A stretch of 64,000 nt of DNA from an uncultured Pelagibacteraceae bacterium (GTDB lineage: Bacteria; Pseudomonadota; Alphaproteobacteria; Pelagibacterales; Pelagibacteraceae), in contig CACHML010000006.1 of the NCBI GenBank assembly GCA_902580945.1, positions 16,943-80,942 on the forward strand, read 5' to 3'. Each line of letters opens with the position of its first letter. Position 1 is the stretch's first letter. Shown one piece after another: positions 42,195 to 51,662 of the stretch. Under the pieces are notes generated by a model. The model did not search any database. It saw nothing but the letters and a program-made list of their open reading frames with translations, and was not told the DNA's origin. Both the position numbers and the translations under genes were made by a program.

Positions 42195-43205
42195 TCAATA
42201 AATTAGTTTTTCAAACTTTTTCGACTTTATAGATTTCATTGCTCCCTCTGCCAATATAATTGATTTTCTTCCATCTTCAAAAACTGCTCTAGGTTTAATA
42301 TTTTTTCTAGAAAATTTTACTAGATCGAATAATTGAAGTTTAAAAGCCTCGGAATATCTCTCAATAAAGAAGTGAAGAAGAGGTGATTTACTGTTTGTTG
42401 AGCTTTTTGAAAAATAATTTATTTCATCGTTTCTTTTATTCTCTGAAACTAGCATTCCTTTATTCCCAAATAATTCTACTCTTTGATCATATCCAAAGCT
42501 ACAATGTCTTGAATTTGTTATAATACATTGCACCCCTTTTTTAGATTTGAGTATTGTAGTTGCCAATTCATAATCATTAATTTTATTAAAACGTTTATCC
42601 GATAAGTTACTGCCCATAGCAAAAATTGATTGGAATTCGTCTTTTCCTAAATAATATCTTGCAAGATCAAAATCGTGAATCATCATATCTTTAAATATCC
42701 CACCTGAACTTTTTAGATATTTAAGCGAAGGAGGAGAGGGATCCCGGCTAGTAATTATAATTTTTTCTAATCGTCCGATTTTTTGTTTTAGATGTCGTTT
42801 TAATGAATGGTGTCCAATGTCATATCTCCTATTGAAACCTATTTGCACTCTTGGTTTAAATTTTTTTATCCTTTTTAGACAAGAATTAATTTTTTTTATA
42901 TTCAGATCTAATGGTTTTTCACAAAAAATAATTTTATTTTGTTTTACACCTTGCTCAATAAATTTTAAATGCGTAGGTGTGCTTGACGCAATAAATATAC
43001 AGTCAATGTCTTTATCATTGAAAGCTAGATCAGGCTTATTTATTGAAGTGACATTATATTTATTAGATATTTTTTTTAATAAATCTTTGTTTAGGTCAAA
43101 GACATATTTTAATTTAAAGTCACTATTTTCGATTAAATTTTTTGCATGCATTTGGCCAATTCTGCCAAGACCAAGCAAAGCAACTTTTATTTTATTTTTG
43201 TCCAC
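42195..43205 (-). CDS. iolG: inositol 2-dehydrogenase-like Gfo/Idh/MocA oxidoreductase
   Basis: LGLGRIGQMH Rossmann motif. FCEKPL and VQIGFNRRYD blocks match the recalled B. subtilis IolG (FCEKPL, VQVGFMRRYD). Confidence 0.75.
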   Translation of the reverse strand: MDKNKIKVALLGLGRIGQMHAKNLIENSDFKLKYVFDLNKDLLKKISNKYNVTSINKPDLAFNDKDIDCIFIASSTPTHLKFIEQGVKQNKIIFCEKPLDLNIKKINSCLKRIKKFKPRVQIGFNRRYDIGHHSLKRHLKQKIGRLEKIIITSRDPSPPSLKYLKSSGGIFKDMMIHDFDLARYYLGKDEFQSIFAMGSNLSDKRFNKINDYELATTILKSKKGVQCIITNSRHCSFGYDQRVELFGNKGMLVSENKRNDEINYFSKSSTNSKSPLLHFFIERYSEAFKLQLFDLVKFSRKNIKPRAVFEDGRKSIILAEGAMKSIKSKKFEKLIY

Positions 43206-44332
43206 GCTTTTCTTTTATTTGAAATTTTACACGCTTCAATAAACTTTGCAGTTTCCAGCCCTTCATATTCATTTGGAAAAAACCACCTTTTTTTAGCTTT
43301 TGTTCTTAATGATTCTGCAAATTCTTTGTAAATGTTTGCAAAAGCATCTAGATAACCCTCTGGATGTCCAAATTTAATTCTTGAAAATTTTTTTGATAAT
43401 TCTGCATTAAAAAAACCTCTTTCTAAAAATTTTACAGCACCTTTTAATGGATTAAATTTAAGATAACCTGGATCATTTTGAACCCATTCTATGCTGCCTT
43501 TTGTGCCAAAAATCCTAAATCTTAAACCATAAACACCGCCTCTTGCCATAACACTTGTCCAAAGTAAGCCTTTTGCATTGTTATTAAAGTTGATCATTAC
43601 TTGAGCATTGTTATCCATTTTAACAGTTTTTGAAACTTGTTTGATATCAGCAAATACATTTCTACCTTTTAATCCAGAAACATAACATGCTATGTGATAA
43701 GCGTGAGATCCAATCTCATTTAAAACCGCTGAGGTTCCAACTATTTTTTTATTTATTTTCCATTTTAATATTTTTTTTGCATTTTTTTTGTTAACTATTT
43801 TTCCATCAGTCCAGTCTTGAACATACTCTACATTAACATATTCAACTTTTCCTATCTTCCCTTTTTCAACTAATACCTTTGCCTCTCTAACCATCGGATA
43901 TGCTGAATAATTATGAGTTAAAGCATACTTTATATTTTTATTTGATTTAATTTTTTTAAAAAGTTTTTTTGCTTGTGATAGATCACCTGTAAATGGCTTG
44001 TCAGATATTATATGAATATTTTTGTCTATAAATTTTTCTGCAATAACTTGGTGACTTGAAGGAGGAGTCATAATCGCCACGACCTCAATACCATCAAATC
44101 TTAGTGCCTCTTTATCAGCCATCTCTTGATAATTTGAGTAACATCTGTCTTTATCAATTCCTATTTTTTTGCCGAAAGTCTTTGAAATATTTGAATTTCT
44201 TGAAAAAACTCCTGAGACAATTTCATATTCGTCATCAAATCTTGAGGAAATTCTATGGACATGTCCTATCCATGATTTTGGACCACCGCCAACAATGCCT
44301 AATTTAATTTTTTTGCCTTTAATTAATCTCAT
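43187..44332 (-). CDS. Gfo/Idh/MocA-family oxidoreductase
   Basis: Start reassigned to the ATG at 44332 (MRLIKGKKIKLGIVGGG...). The longer tracked ORF would overlap iolE and encodes no recognisable sequence. SDKPF motif. Confidence 0.75.
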   Translation of the reverse strand: MRLIKGKKIKLGIVGGGPKSWIGHVHRISSRFDDEYEIVSGVFSRNSNISKTFGKKIGIDKDRCYSNYQEMADKEALRFDGIEVVAIMTPPSSHQVIAEKFIDKNIHIISDKPFTGDLSQAKKLFKKIKSNKNIKYALTHNYSAYPMVREAKVLVEKGKIGKVEYVNVEYVQDWTDGKIVNKKNAKKILKWKINKKIVGTSAVLNEIGSHAYHIACYVSGLKGRNVFADIKQVSKTVKMDNNAQVMINFNNNAKGLLWTSVMARGGVYGLRFRIFGTKGSIEWVQNDPGYLKFNPLKGAVKFLERGFFNAELSKKFSRIKFGHPEGYLDAFANIYKEFAESLRTKAKKRWFFPNEYEGLETAKFIEACKISNKRKAWTKIK

Positions 44333-44361
44333 GATCAAATATCTTAGCAAATATAAAAAAT

Positions 44362-45264
44362 ATGTCAGTAAAATTAGGGATAGCACCAATAGCGTGGAGC
44401 AATGATGACATGCCTGAACTAGGTGGAGACACTCCTCTTGAACAATGTTTATCAGAGGCAAGTCAGGCTGGATATATAGGTATAGAGTCAGGTGGAAAAT
44501 TTCCAAAAACATCCATGGAATTATTACCAAAACTAGAAAAGTATAATTTAAAATTATGTTCTGGATGGTACAGCGGGAATCTTAGAAAAAATTCTGTTGA
44601 AGAAGAAAAAAAATTAATTCAAAACCAGCTTCAATTATTTAAAGACTGTGAGGCTCCATGTATTGTATTTGCTGAAGTCTTTGAGTCAATACAAGGCGAT
44701 CCAAAAAAAAAACTATCTAGTAGACCAAAAATGTCCAATGATGAATGGAAAGATTATTGTGTAAAAATATCTGAACTTGCAAAATATCTTGAAGATGAGG
44801 GTATGCCATTAGCTTACCACCATCACATGGGTACAGTAATAGAAACGGAGGAAGAAACTATTAGATTGCTAGAAAATACAAGTGACAGCGTAAAATTAAC
44901 TTTAGATACTGGTCATATGCTATTTGCTCGAGGAAATTCTATTAATATAATCAATAAATTTAAAGAAAGAGTAATCCATATTCACTGCAAAGATATTAGA
45001 GAAGAAGTATTAAAAAAAGCGCTATCTGAAGATTTAAGTTTTAGAGATGCTTTTTTAGAAGGTGCTTTTACTGTGCCAGGCGATGGGTGTATCGACTATA
45101 AACCTCTGTTTGATATTTTGAAAAAAAATAATTACCAGGGTTGGTTGGTAGTGGAGGCTGAGCAAGATCCAAAAAAAGCAAATCCTCTTGAGTATGCAAT
45201 TATGGGTTATAAATATATTACAGATACTTTAAAGAAATCAAATTTAGAGATTGATAAACTATAA
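44362..45264 (+). CDS. iolE: 2-keto-myo-inositol (inosose) dehydratase
   Basis: GIAPIAWSNDDMPELG, YHHHMGT, TVPGDGCIDYKP and VVEAEQDPKKANPLEYA all match blocks of the recalled B. subtilis IolE. Confidence 0.9.
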   Translation: MSVKLGIAPIAWSNDDMPELGGDTPLEQCLSEASQAGYIGIESGGKFPKTSMELLPKLEKYNLKLCSGWYSGNLRKNSVEEEKKLIQNQLQLFKDCEAPCIVFAEVFESIQGDPKKKLSSRPKMSNDEWKDYCVKISELAKYLEDEGMPLAYHHHMGTVIETEEETIRLLENTSDSVKLTLDTGHMLFARGNSINIINKFKERVIHIHCKDIREEVLKKALSEDLSFRDAFLEGAFTVPGDGCIDYKPLFDILKKNNYQGWLVVEAEQDPKKANPLEYAIMGYKYITDTLKKSNLEIDKL

Positions 45265-46215
45265 TTTTACTTTTTTACTATCTTCAAGTTTGCCATCAAA
45301 AAAATCAAAAATATTTTGTATAGTTTCTATTGCCATTCTAGTCATGCACTCTTCAGTAAACGCTGCTGCATGAGGGCTAAGGAAAACTTTTTCATTTTTT
45401 AATAATGGATTGTCAGCTTCTGGAGGCTCTACTTCAAATACATCGATACCTGCTCCAAAAATTAGGTTCTCCTTTAATGCTCTATCTAAGTCTTTCTCAT
45501 TTATAATTCCACCTCTTGCAGCATTTATGATGATGCAATTTTTTTTCATAGTTTTAAGAAGTTCATAATTTATGATATTTTTAGTTTGATCAGTTAAAGG
45601 TATATGGAGTGACACAGCATCCATATCTTTTATTGTTTCTGATAAATCCTCAACTTTTTTTCCACCCATTTTGCTTATTGTTTCTGCATCTACAAATGGA
45701 TCATAAACAAAAACATTCATTTCAAATCCTAAACATCTTTTAATCAATGCTTTTCCAATTCTTCCAAAACCAGCTATAAGAATATTTTTGTTCCAAATCT
45801 CTATTGTTTTTGGAAGCTTATTTCTCTCAGTAAATTTTCCACTTCTGACTGATTGATCATACATACTTTTTCTTTTTGATATACTTAAAAGCATGAAAAG
45901 AACATGTTCTGCAACTGCTACAGCGTTTGCTGTTGCAGTTATCGCCACATCGATATTTCTTTTTTTACAGCTATTTAAATCAATATTGTCGTAACCAACT
46001 CCATGTCTAGAAATTATTTTAAGTTTTTTTGCATTTTCAATTGCTTCTGCAGGCAAAATTGATGTTCTTAAAGACACTGCATCAGCATCTATAATTTTTT
46101 GTTTAACGTTTTCAACGCTTAAATCCTCAACTACCTCGTAAGTATAGTTACTATTACTTTTTAATAATTCCATACCTTTTTCATGAATAGGTTGGACAAT
46201 GAGAATTTTTTTCAT
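45259..46215 (-). CDS. D-isomer-specific 2-hydroxyacid dehydrogenase (PGDH-like)
   Basis: GFGRIGKAL NAD motif, NAARGG, DVFEVEPP and SPHAAA catalytic-His region. Confidence 0.8.
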   Translation of the reverse strand: MKKILIVQPIHEKGMELLKSNSNYTYEVVEDLSVENVKQKIIDADAVSLRTSILPAEAIENAKKLKIISRHGVGYDNIDLNSCKKRNIDVAITATANAVAVAEHVLFMLLSISKRKSMYDQSVRSGKFTERNKLPKTIEIWNKNILIAGFGRIGKALIKRCLGFEMNVFVYDPFVDAETISKMGGKKVEDLSETIKDMDAVSLHIPLTDQTKNIINYELLKTMKKNCIIINAARGGIINEKDLDRALKENLIFGAGIDVFEVEPPEADNPLLKNEKVFLSPHAAAFTEECMTRMAIETIQNIFDFFDGKLEDSKKVKL

Positions 46216-46230
46216 AATTTAAAAATGAAA

Positions 46231-47220
46231 TTATATTAATCTAGCAAGATCTCTTTTACTATTTTTAAATGTTGGAAGTGGATATTTAAATGCATATTTT
46301 CTTGGTATACATTTATTTTTAGCTTTCTCCCATAAAGAGATCCATTGCTTATAATTATGAATAGTAATATTTTTTTTATTTCTACTTCTCACGTAAAAAT
46401 TTGGTAGAGGTTTTCTACCTGATGGAGTTCCAGCTCTGTTATATCTTAAGTCAGCGCTTATTCTAAAATCGTTAGATCTATTAGGTAAAGAACAATGTAT
46501 AGAGTGTTTGTGTAAAATAATTATATCACCCACATTTGCTTCCAGAAAAATTGGCTTAAATTTATCAAGTAATTTACTACCTTTTATCTCGACCTGACCT
46601 TTATATCCAGACACATGATTTAATAAACCCAGTTTGTTTATTTCTTTAACGGTAATCATGCATCCGTTATTTTTGGTAGTTTTTGTAAATGGTATCCAAA
46701 CGGTCACCATATCTGTCAATCTTTGTCCAACAGATGATAATACTGCTGCGTCTTGGTGCCAAGGAGTTCTACCTGAAAGTCCATCATGAACAGAGTGTCT
46801 AGGCAGTTTACTTTCTGGTTGTTTAATTCTTGTATTCTGAACAGGATTAGAAAGAATCTCAGATCCTATTAATTGTTCTACAACATCTAAAATTTTTTTA
46901 TGGTTTATTAAGTTCCATAAAGATTGTGATGCAAAGTAATCACTATCTTTTTTTACATTATCTCTAGGTAGTCTGGTATTAAAATGTTGGTCAAGATCAT
47001 AAATATTTAATTTTGATATATAGGTATATTTTCTTTTAAAATCATATTTAAAAACTTTTTCTCTCATATGTCTGGGTGCAAACTTATTAACTAGATTGTC
47101 CATTACATATTCCATATCGTTTAAGATAGGCTTTAAATCTTTGTTGAAATTAAGAATATTTTTTACCCTAAGGTATCCATCTCTATCTAAAATTTTCTTT
47201 AATTTGGTACTAACTTGCAT
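46231..47220 (-). CDS. PhyH-family Fe(II)/2-oxoglutarate dioxygenase
   Basis: DGYLRVKN start, WHQD (HxD facial-triad part), distal HKHSIHCSLPNRS segment. Confidence 0.7.
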   Translation of the reverse strand: MQVSTKLKKILDRDGYLRVKNILNFNKDLKPILNDMEYVMDNLVNKFAPRHMREKVFKYDFKRKYTYISKLNIYDLDQHFNTRLPRDNVKKDSDYFASQSLWNLINHKKILDVVEQLIGSEILSNPVQNTRIKQPESKLPRHSVHDGLSGRTPWHQDAAVLSSVGQRLTDMVTVWIPFTKTTKNNGCMITVKEINKLGLLNHVSGYKGQVEIKGSKLLDKFKPIFLEANVGDIIILHKHSIHCSLPNRSNDFRISADLRYNRAGTPSGRKPLPNFYVRSRNKKNITIHNYKQWISLWEKAKNKCIPRKYAFKYPLPTFKNSKRDLARLI

Positions 47221-48085
47221 GTATACAAGATTTTAGCAGATAATTTGAATCATGAAAAGATGTAAGCATTCTTTTTTTCGTCGCAACTATATGTGGGTGA
47301 TATTCAAAATTTTTATATTTCCATATAACAGGTTTATTAAATGCATAACTTCCATAAATAAAAAATCTTTTTGGACAGTTTTTTTCCTTAAATCGTGTTA
47401 CCCCATGATAAGAATTAGGAGTAGATTTAAAGAAAATTACGCTTCCCTTTTTTGGTGTAAACTCCACTAATTTATCAAGTTCATTAATTTTGGGAAATCT
47501 TCTAAAACTTTTTCTAAGGTTTCTGTTAGCTTTTTTTTTGTATAGAGTAAGAGACCCTCCATTTTTTTTTGGTATATCAGTTAAATATATCAAAAAATTA
47601 TATATTCTATTGATATCATCTCTATGCGGTCTCAATCTATACCCTCCTTTAGATACTGAAAAATCAATATCTAGATTTAAATTCGGGTTTTTATAATTTT
47701 TACCTAGCAATCTTTTTAGCTCTTTAGAATTTACTTTTCTTTTTAATGTATATTTTTTTTTATTAAATATTTTTGGTTTAAACAAACTTTCCCATGTATT
47801 TGCCTTAAACTCTGTTTTAAATTTATTATCAATTTTCTTATAAAATGATTCTGTATTGAAAGTAGCAAAAAGTTTTTTTGAGATTTTAGAAGTTGAGATA
47901 TATTTGTTGAAATTTTTTGACCCTTTGTTAATCCTACTTCTGCCACCCATAATCATATCATCGAAATTTTTTGAATTACTTATTTCTTTAATTAACGAAT
48001 TGCAGACTTTTTTACTGATTATTTGTTCTCCAACAATGACCGGGAAGTTTGATTTAATTTTCTTTAGTTTGTTAATTTTCAGCAT
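47210..48085 (-). CDS. 2OG-Fe(II) oxygenase-superfamily protein (prolyl-hydroxylase-like fold)
   Basis: RPHRDD (HxD), FLIYL...GGSLTLY, P-x-x-GSVIFF and distal NSYHGV pattern. Confidence 0.55.
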   Translation of the reverse strand: MLKINKLKKIKSNFPVIVGEQIISKKVCNSLIKEISNSKNFDDMIMGGRSRINKGSKNFNKYISTSKISKKLFATFNTESFYKKIDNKFKTEFKANTWESLFKPKIFNKKKYTLKRKVNSKELKRLLGKNYKNPNLNLDIDFSVSKGGYRLRPHRDDINRIYNFLIYLTDIPKKNGGSLTLYKKKANRNLRKSFRRFPKINELDKLVEFTPKKGSVIFFKSTPNSYHGVTRFKEKNCPKRFFIYGSYAFNKPVIWKYKNFEYHPHIVATKKRMLTSFHDSNYLLKSCIHAS

Positions 48086-49030
48086 TTAGCTGTACATACC
48101 CTCTTTTACTTTAATCATTTTGTACATAAGATCATTTAAAGGTGTGGCTATTCCATGTTTTTTTCCTATTTTAGATACAGCTCCACTTATGAAATCAATT
48201 TCAGTTTTTCTTTTGTAAAGTACATCAAAAGCCATTGAGGACTTGTTTGTTTGTTTTGAATCAACAATTTTATTAAACATAAATAAACACTCATCTTCAG
48301 AAACATTAACGCCATCTGCTAAAGCAACTTTTCTTGTTTCTAAAATAATCTCTTTACCTAAACTTCTAGATACGTCATTGGCATTATTATTTATGTAAAG
48401 ATCAGTATGATGTAGATCAAAAATAGCTGAAAGTGGACCAATTGCGGTTAAAGCAAAAAGTTTCATCCATTTTCTTTTTTTTACATCCTCAGCTGCAATC
48501 ATTTCTAAATTATGCGCTGTAAATGTGTCTGCAATTTCTGTTATTCTATCTGTTATTCCACCATCATATTCTCCAATCCAAGAAGGTAAAGCTGCATGAT
48601 TCATAATATGACCAGGGCCTAAGATATTTGATGCTTGAGTTGTTGTTCCTCCAATTACTTTTTCATCGCCAACAATACTTTTAATTATAGCTTCATGTCC
48701 AATTCCATTTTGAAAAGACATAAAAACTGTTTTATCTCTAATAATGTTTTTAATACTTTTTAAAGCTGGTTCTAGAGCTGTTGCTTTACACATTACTATT
48801 ACAGCATCAACTTTTCCAATTGTAGATGGATCTGATGTTGCAGGTATTCTTATAAATCTATCACCACCATGGCCATCCATTTTTAGACCATTTTTATTAA
48901 TTTCTTCAACATGCTCTTTCCAAACATCAATGAGCGTTACATTAAGACCTTTTTCTGCTAGAAGACCTCCAAATAGACAACCCATTGCTCCTGCACCAAG
49001 AACTGCAACTTTTAAATCTTTATTATTCAT
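48086..49030 (-). CDS. 2-dehydropantoate 2-reductase (KPR/ApbA) family oxidoreductase
   Basis: VLGAGAMGCLFG Rossmann motif, FQNG, KWMKL lysine region, SSMAFDVLYKRKTEID C-terminal motif. Confidence 0.8.
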   Translation of the reverse strand: MNNKDLKVAVLGAGAMGCLFGGLLAEKGLNVTLIDVWKEHVEEINKNGLKMDGHGGDRFIRIPATSDPSTIGKVDAVIVMCKATALEPALKSIKNIIRDKTVFMSFQNGIGHEAIIKSIVGDEKVIGGTTTQASNILGPGHIMNHAALPSWIGEYDGGITDRITEIADTFTAHNLEMIAAEDVKKRKWMKLFALTAIGPLSAIFDLHHTDLYINNNANDVSRSLGKEIILETRKVALADGVNVSEDECLFMFNKIVDSKQTNKSSMAFDVLYKRKTEIDFISGAVSKIGKKHGIATPLNDLMYKMIKVKEGMYS

Positions 49031-49093
49031 ATTTAAAATCGAAATATATTTATGTAAAAAAATTATGCAATATATTATGTAACTAATTAATAT

Positions 49094-50062
49094 ATGAAAT
49101 TAAAAATAGAAAAAGGAATTTTCAAAAAATTTGAGTTAAAAGAAATATCAAACGCATTAGAAAAAGGTCTGTCAAAGAATTATGACAGTGTGAAAGCAGA
49201 AGTAATTGATTGCCCAAATTTAAGAAATTGGGATTGTCCGTCTGAAGGTATGAGTGGTAACCAAAGGATAATCGATGTTGGAGGAGAGCCCTACATGCAC
49301 GATCCTAAATATCTTGGAACTGAATTTGATTATGCTGAAATCTCAAAAATGATTGGATCAGAAAAATCATATGCACTTGGAGCAGGATCTGGAGCAATGT
49401 CTTGCCTCGATGGACACTGTGGAGAACTAGTTATAAATGAAAACTTAATAACAAAAGAAAATAAGTCTTTAATTGCCAGGGTAGGGAAAGATAAAGAATG
49501 TATAGTAGAGGACTATACTGCAAGCAAACATGGTGGGCTTGGTAACATTTATTATTCAGATGGTGTTAAAGGAAAAGTTATTTATTTAAACATAAAAAAA
49601 AGAACTGGAAATCAAGGTTCATTACCTCAATCAATTAGAACAGCACTTTCTGAAAATCTTAAAATTGGGTATAAAAATCATATTGCTCTTGCTGGTGTAT
49701 TTAGAGTTTTGAATGGAAAAATAAGATCACACGTACAACCAGATTATAAGGATATAAAACATGAATATTATGATCCACAATTGATGAAATGCACAAAAGA
49801 TTTTCTACAATTTTATGAGCCTGTTGGACCAAAATTACAATGCTATACTGTTTTATGGACTGGTGATCCAACGGGAGGAGAATTAAATTTAAGAGAGTCT
49901 GGAGAGCATACTCACTTCCACTCATATGAGCATAAAAATGACGCTGGACATTATCATTTTGACGTATCACCTGATGAAATTGAATATGAGGGATACTTTA
50001 ATATTGCACAAGAAGTACATAGAGTGAATAATATCTATAAAGAATTAAAAAATATAAAATGA
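49094..50062 (+). CDS. DUF1907 protein (homolog of eukaryotic C11orf54-type Zn enzyme)
   Basis: VIDCPNL, DVGGEPY, LGAGSGA, KKRTG and the His cluster EHTHFHS...GHYHFD..PDEIEYEGYF align with my recollection of human C11orf54. Confidence 0.7.
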   Translation: MKLKIEKGIFKKFELKEISNALEKGLSKNYDSVKAEVIDCPNLRNWDCPSEGMSGNQRIIDVGGEPYMHDPKYLGTEFDYAEISKMIGSEKSYALGAGSGAMSCLDGHCGELVINENLITKENKSLIARVGKDKECIVEDYTASKHGGLGNIYYSDGVKGKVIYLNIKKRTGNQGSLPQSIRTALSENLKIGYKNHIALAGVFRVLNGKIRSHVQPDYKDIKHEYYDPQLMKCTKDFLQFYEPVGPKLQCYTVLWTGDPTGGELNLRESGEHTHFHSYEHKNDAGHYHFDVSPDEIEYEGYFNIAQEVHRVNNIYKELKNIK

Positions 50063-50874
50063 AAAAGATTTATACTTGGGCTGCTCAACCTGCCAACAGA
50101 TCTCTCACAGTTGATGATCTAAAAAAGGCAAAAGGAAAAAAAAAATTTACTCAAGTCACAGCCAATACACTAGATGAAGCTGAGGCCGCAGAGATAGCTG
50201 GATTTGATATGATAATCTGCAATGCTTTTAATGTAAAACAGGTGAGAGAGGGATCAAAGAATCTATTTTTAACTGCTGCACTAGTATTAAATAAGTTTGT
50301 CACTTCAGATGATATAATGAGAGGAGCGTTTGAAGCCTTAGAAAATGGAGCTGACGCTGTAATGACTCCTAGAAGCATGAAAATAGTAGAGATGTTGGCT
50401 AATGAAGATGTTCCGGTTATGGGGCATCTTGGTTTAGTTCCAAGAAAATCTACGTGGATTGGTGGATTAAGAGCAGTAGGAAAAAATAGTGAGGAGGCAC
50501 ACAACCTTTTTTTAAAATTTAAAAGATTGGAAAATGCGGGAGCCTTTTCTGCTGAATGTGAGGTTATACCAGAAAATGTTATGGGAGAAATCTCTAAAAG
50601 AACAAATATAGTTACAGTTTCTTTAGGTTCAGGAAAAAAAGCAGATGTAATGTATTTGTTCATGGAAGACATATGTGGAGATACTTTAAACCCTCCAAGA
50701 CATTCAAAAGCTTATGGGAATTTATTAAAATTAAAAAATGAAATAAAAATTGAGAGAATTCGAGCTCTCAAGGCATTTAAAAAAGATTCTATGGCTGGAA
50801 AATTTCCAGGAAAAAAACAGTCTTCAAATTTAAATAAAAAAGAGTTTGAGTCCTTTCTTGATAAACTAGATTAA
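50059..50874 (+). CDS. PanB-like (ketopantoate hydroxymethyltransferase fold) protein with non-canonical active-site residues
   Basis: MGHLGLVPRK and ECEVIPE match PanB blocks CGHLGLTPQS and LECVPVE. The VGDSLGM block reads ICNAFNV and the region before GHLGL is ~27 aa shorter. ATGA overlap with DUF1907. Confidence 0.65.
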   Translation: MKKIYTWAAQPANRSLTVDDLKKAKGKKKFTQVTANTLDEAEAAEIAGFDMIICNAFNVKQVREGSKNLFLTAALVLNKFVTSDDIMRGAFEALENGADAVMTPRSMKIVEMLANEDVPVMGHLGLVPRKSTWIGGLRAVGKNSEEAHNLFLKFKRLENAGAFSAECEVIPENVMGEISKRTNIVTVSLGSGKKADVMYLFMEDICGDTLNPPRHSKAYGNLLKLKNEIKIERIRALKAFKKDSMAGKFPGKKQSSNLNKKEFESFLDKLD

Positions 50875-51662
50875 TAAGTTTCAGATTCTTTTTTATTTAT
50901 TGAACCCTTCATTTTTTCTACAATCGCTTTAGCACCAGCGCTCATTGCTCTTTGATCAGCTCCTATAGTCACAAAATTAAAACCTTTATCAATCATTTTT
51001 TGAGCATACTCAGTTGTTCCATTATGTATTCCTGCAAAGATATTATGTTTTTTAGCATGCTCTAATATTCTTAATATTTCAGAATATGCTTTTGTGTCCT
51101 CTGCTCTGTCAAAGCCAGGCTTTTCTCCAATCGCTAAACTTAAGTCAGCTGGACCAATATATATCCCATCCACACCGTCAGTAGACATAATCTCATCTAG
51201 TTTATCTAATGACTCCTTCGTTTCAATCATAGCTAACTTTAAAATTTCATCATTTGCATGATCAGCATAATCAGGACCACCATAAATTAATCCTCTGACT
51301 GGGCCAAAACTTCTATATCCTCTTGGAGGATACATGCATGCTTGTACAAATCTTTCTGCCTCTTCTTTATTGCTTACCATAGGGCAAATTATTCCATAAC
51401 AACCAGCGTCTAAAATTTTCATTATTTGTCCTGGTTCATTCCAATTTACTCTTGCAAGAGGCGTTACATCAGTTGAAGAAATTGTTTGAAGCATTGGAAG
51501 TGCGTTTGTGTAATCAACAAGTCCATGTTGCATATCAACAGTCAGGGAGTCCCAACCTTGATGCGCCATAACTTCTGCAGATACTGTGCTAGGTATTTGT
51601 AACCAGCCATTAACAACTGGCTTTCCTTCAGCCATCATTTGTTTTACTTTATTTTTTCTCAT
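50871..51662 (-). CDS. HpcH/HpaI-family class II 2-keto-3-deoxy-acid aldolase
   Basis: ~260 aa TIM-barrel pattern with DMQHG, MIET/E and GPADLS motifs characteristic of HpaI/GarL/YfaU. Confidence 0.85.
   Translation of the reverse strand: MRKNKVKQMMAEGKPVVNGWLQIPSTVSAEVMAHQGWDSLTVDMQHGLVDYTNALPMLQTISSTDVTPLARVNWNEPGQIMKILDAGCYGIICPMVSNKEEAERFVQACMYPPRGYRSFGPVRGLIYGGPDYADHANDEILKLAMIETKESLDKLDEIMSTDGVDGIYIGPADLSLAIGEKPGFDRAEDTKAYSEILRILEHAKKHNIFAGIHNGTTEYAQKMIDKGFNFVTIGADQRAMSAGAKAIVEKMKGSINKKESETY

Noticed and set aside
44333-44530. N-terminal 66-codon extension of the Gfo/Idh/MocA ORF, which would overlap iolE by ~170 nt.
   Set aside because: The extension encodes no Rossmann or other recognisable sequence. 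The internal ATG at 44332 is directly followed by the GIVGGG dinucleotide-binding start.
50151-50672. 173-aa antisense ORF inside the PanB-like gene.
   Set aside because: Same reasoning. Shadow ORF with S/A/F-rich low-complexity translation, nested entirely in a gene with family motifs.
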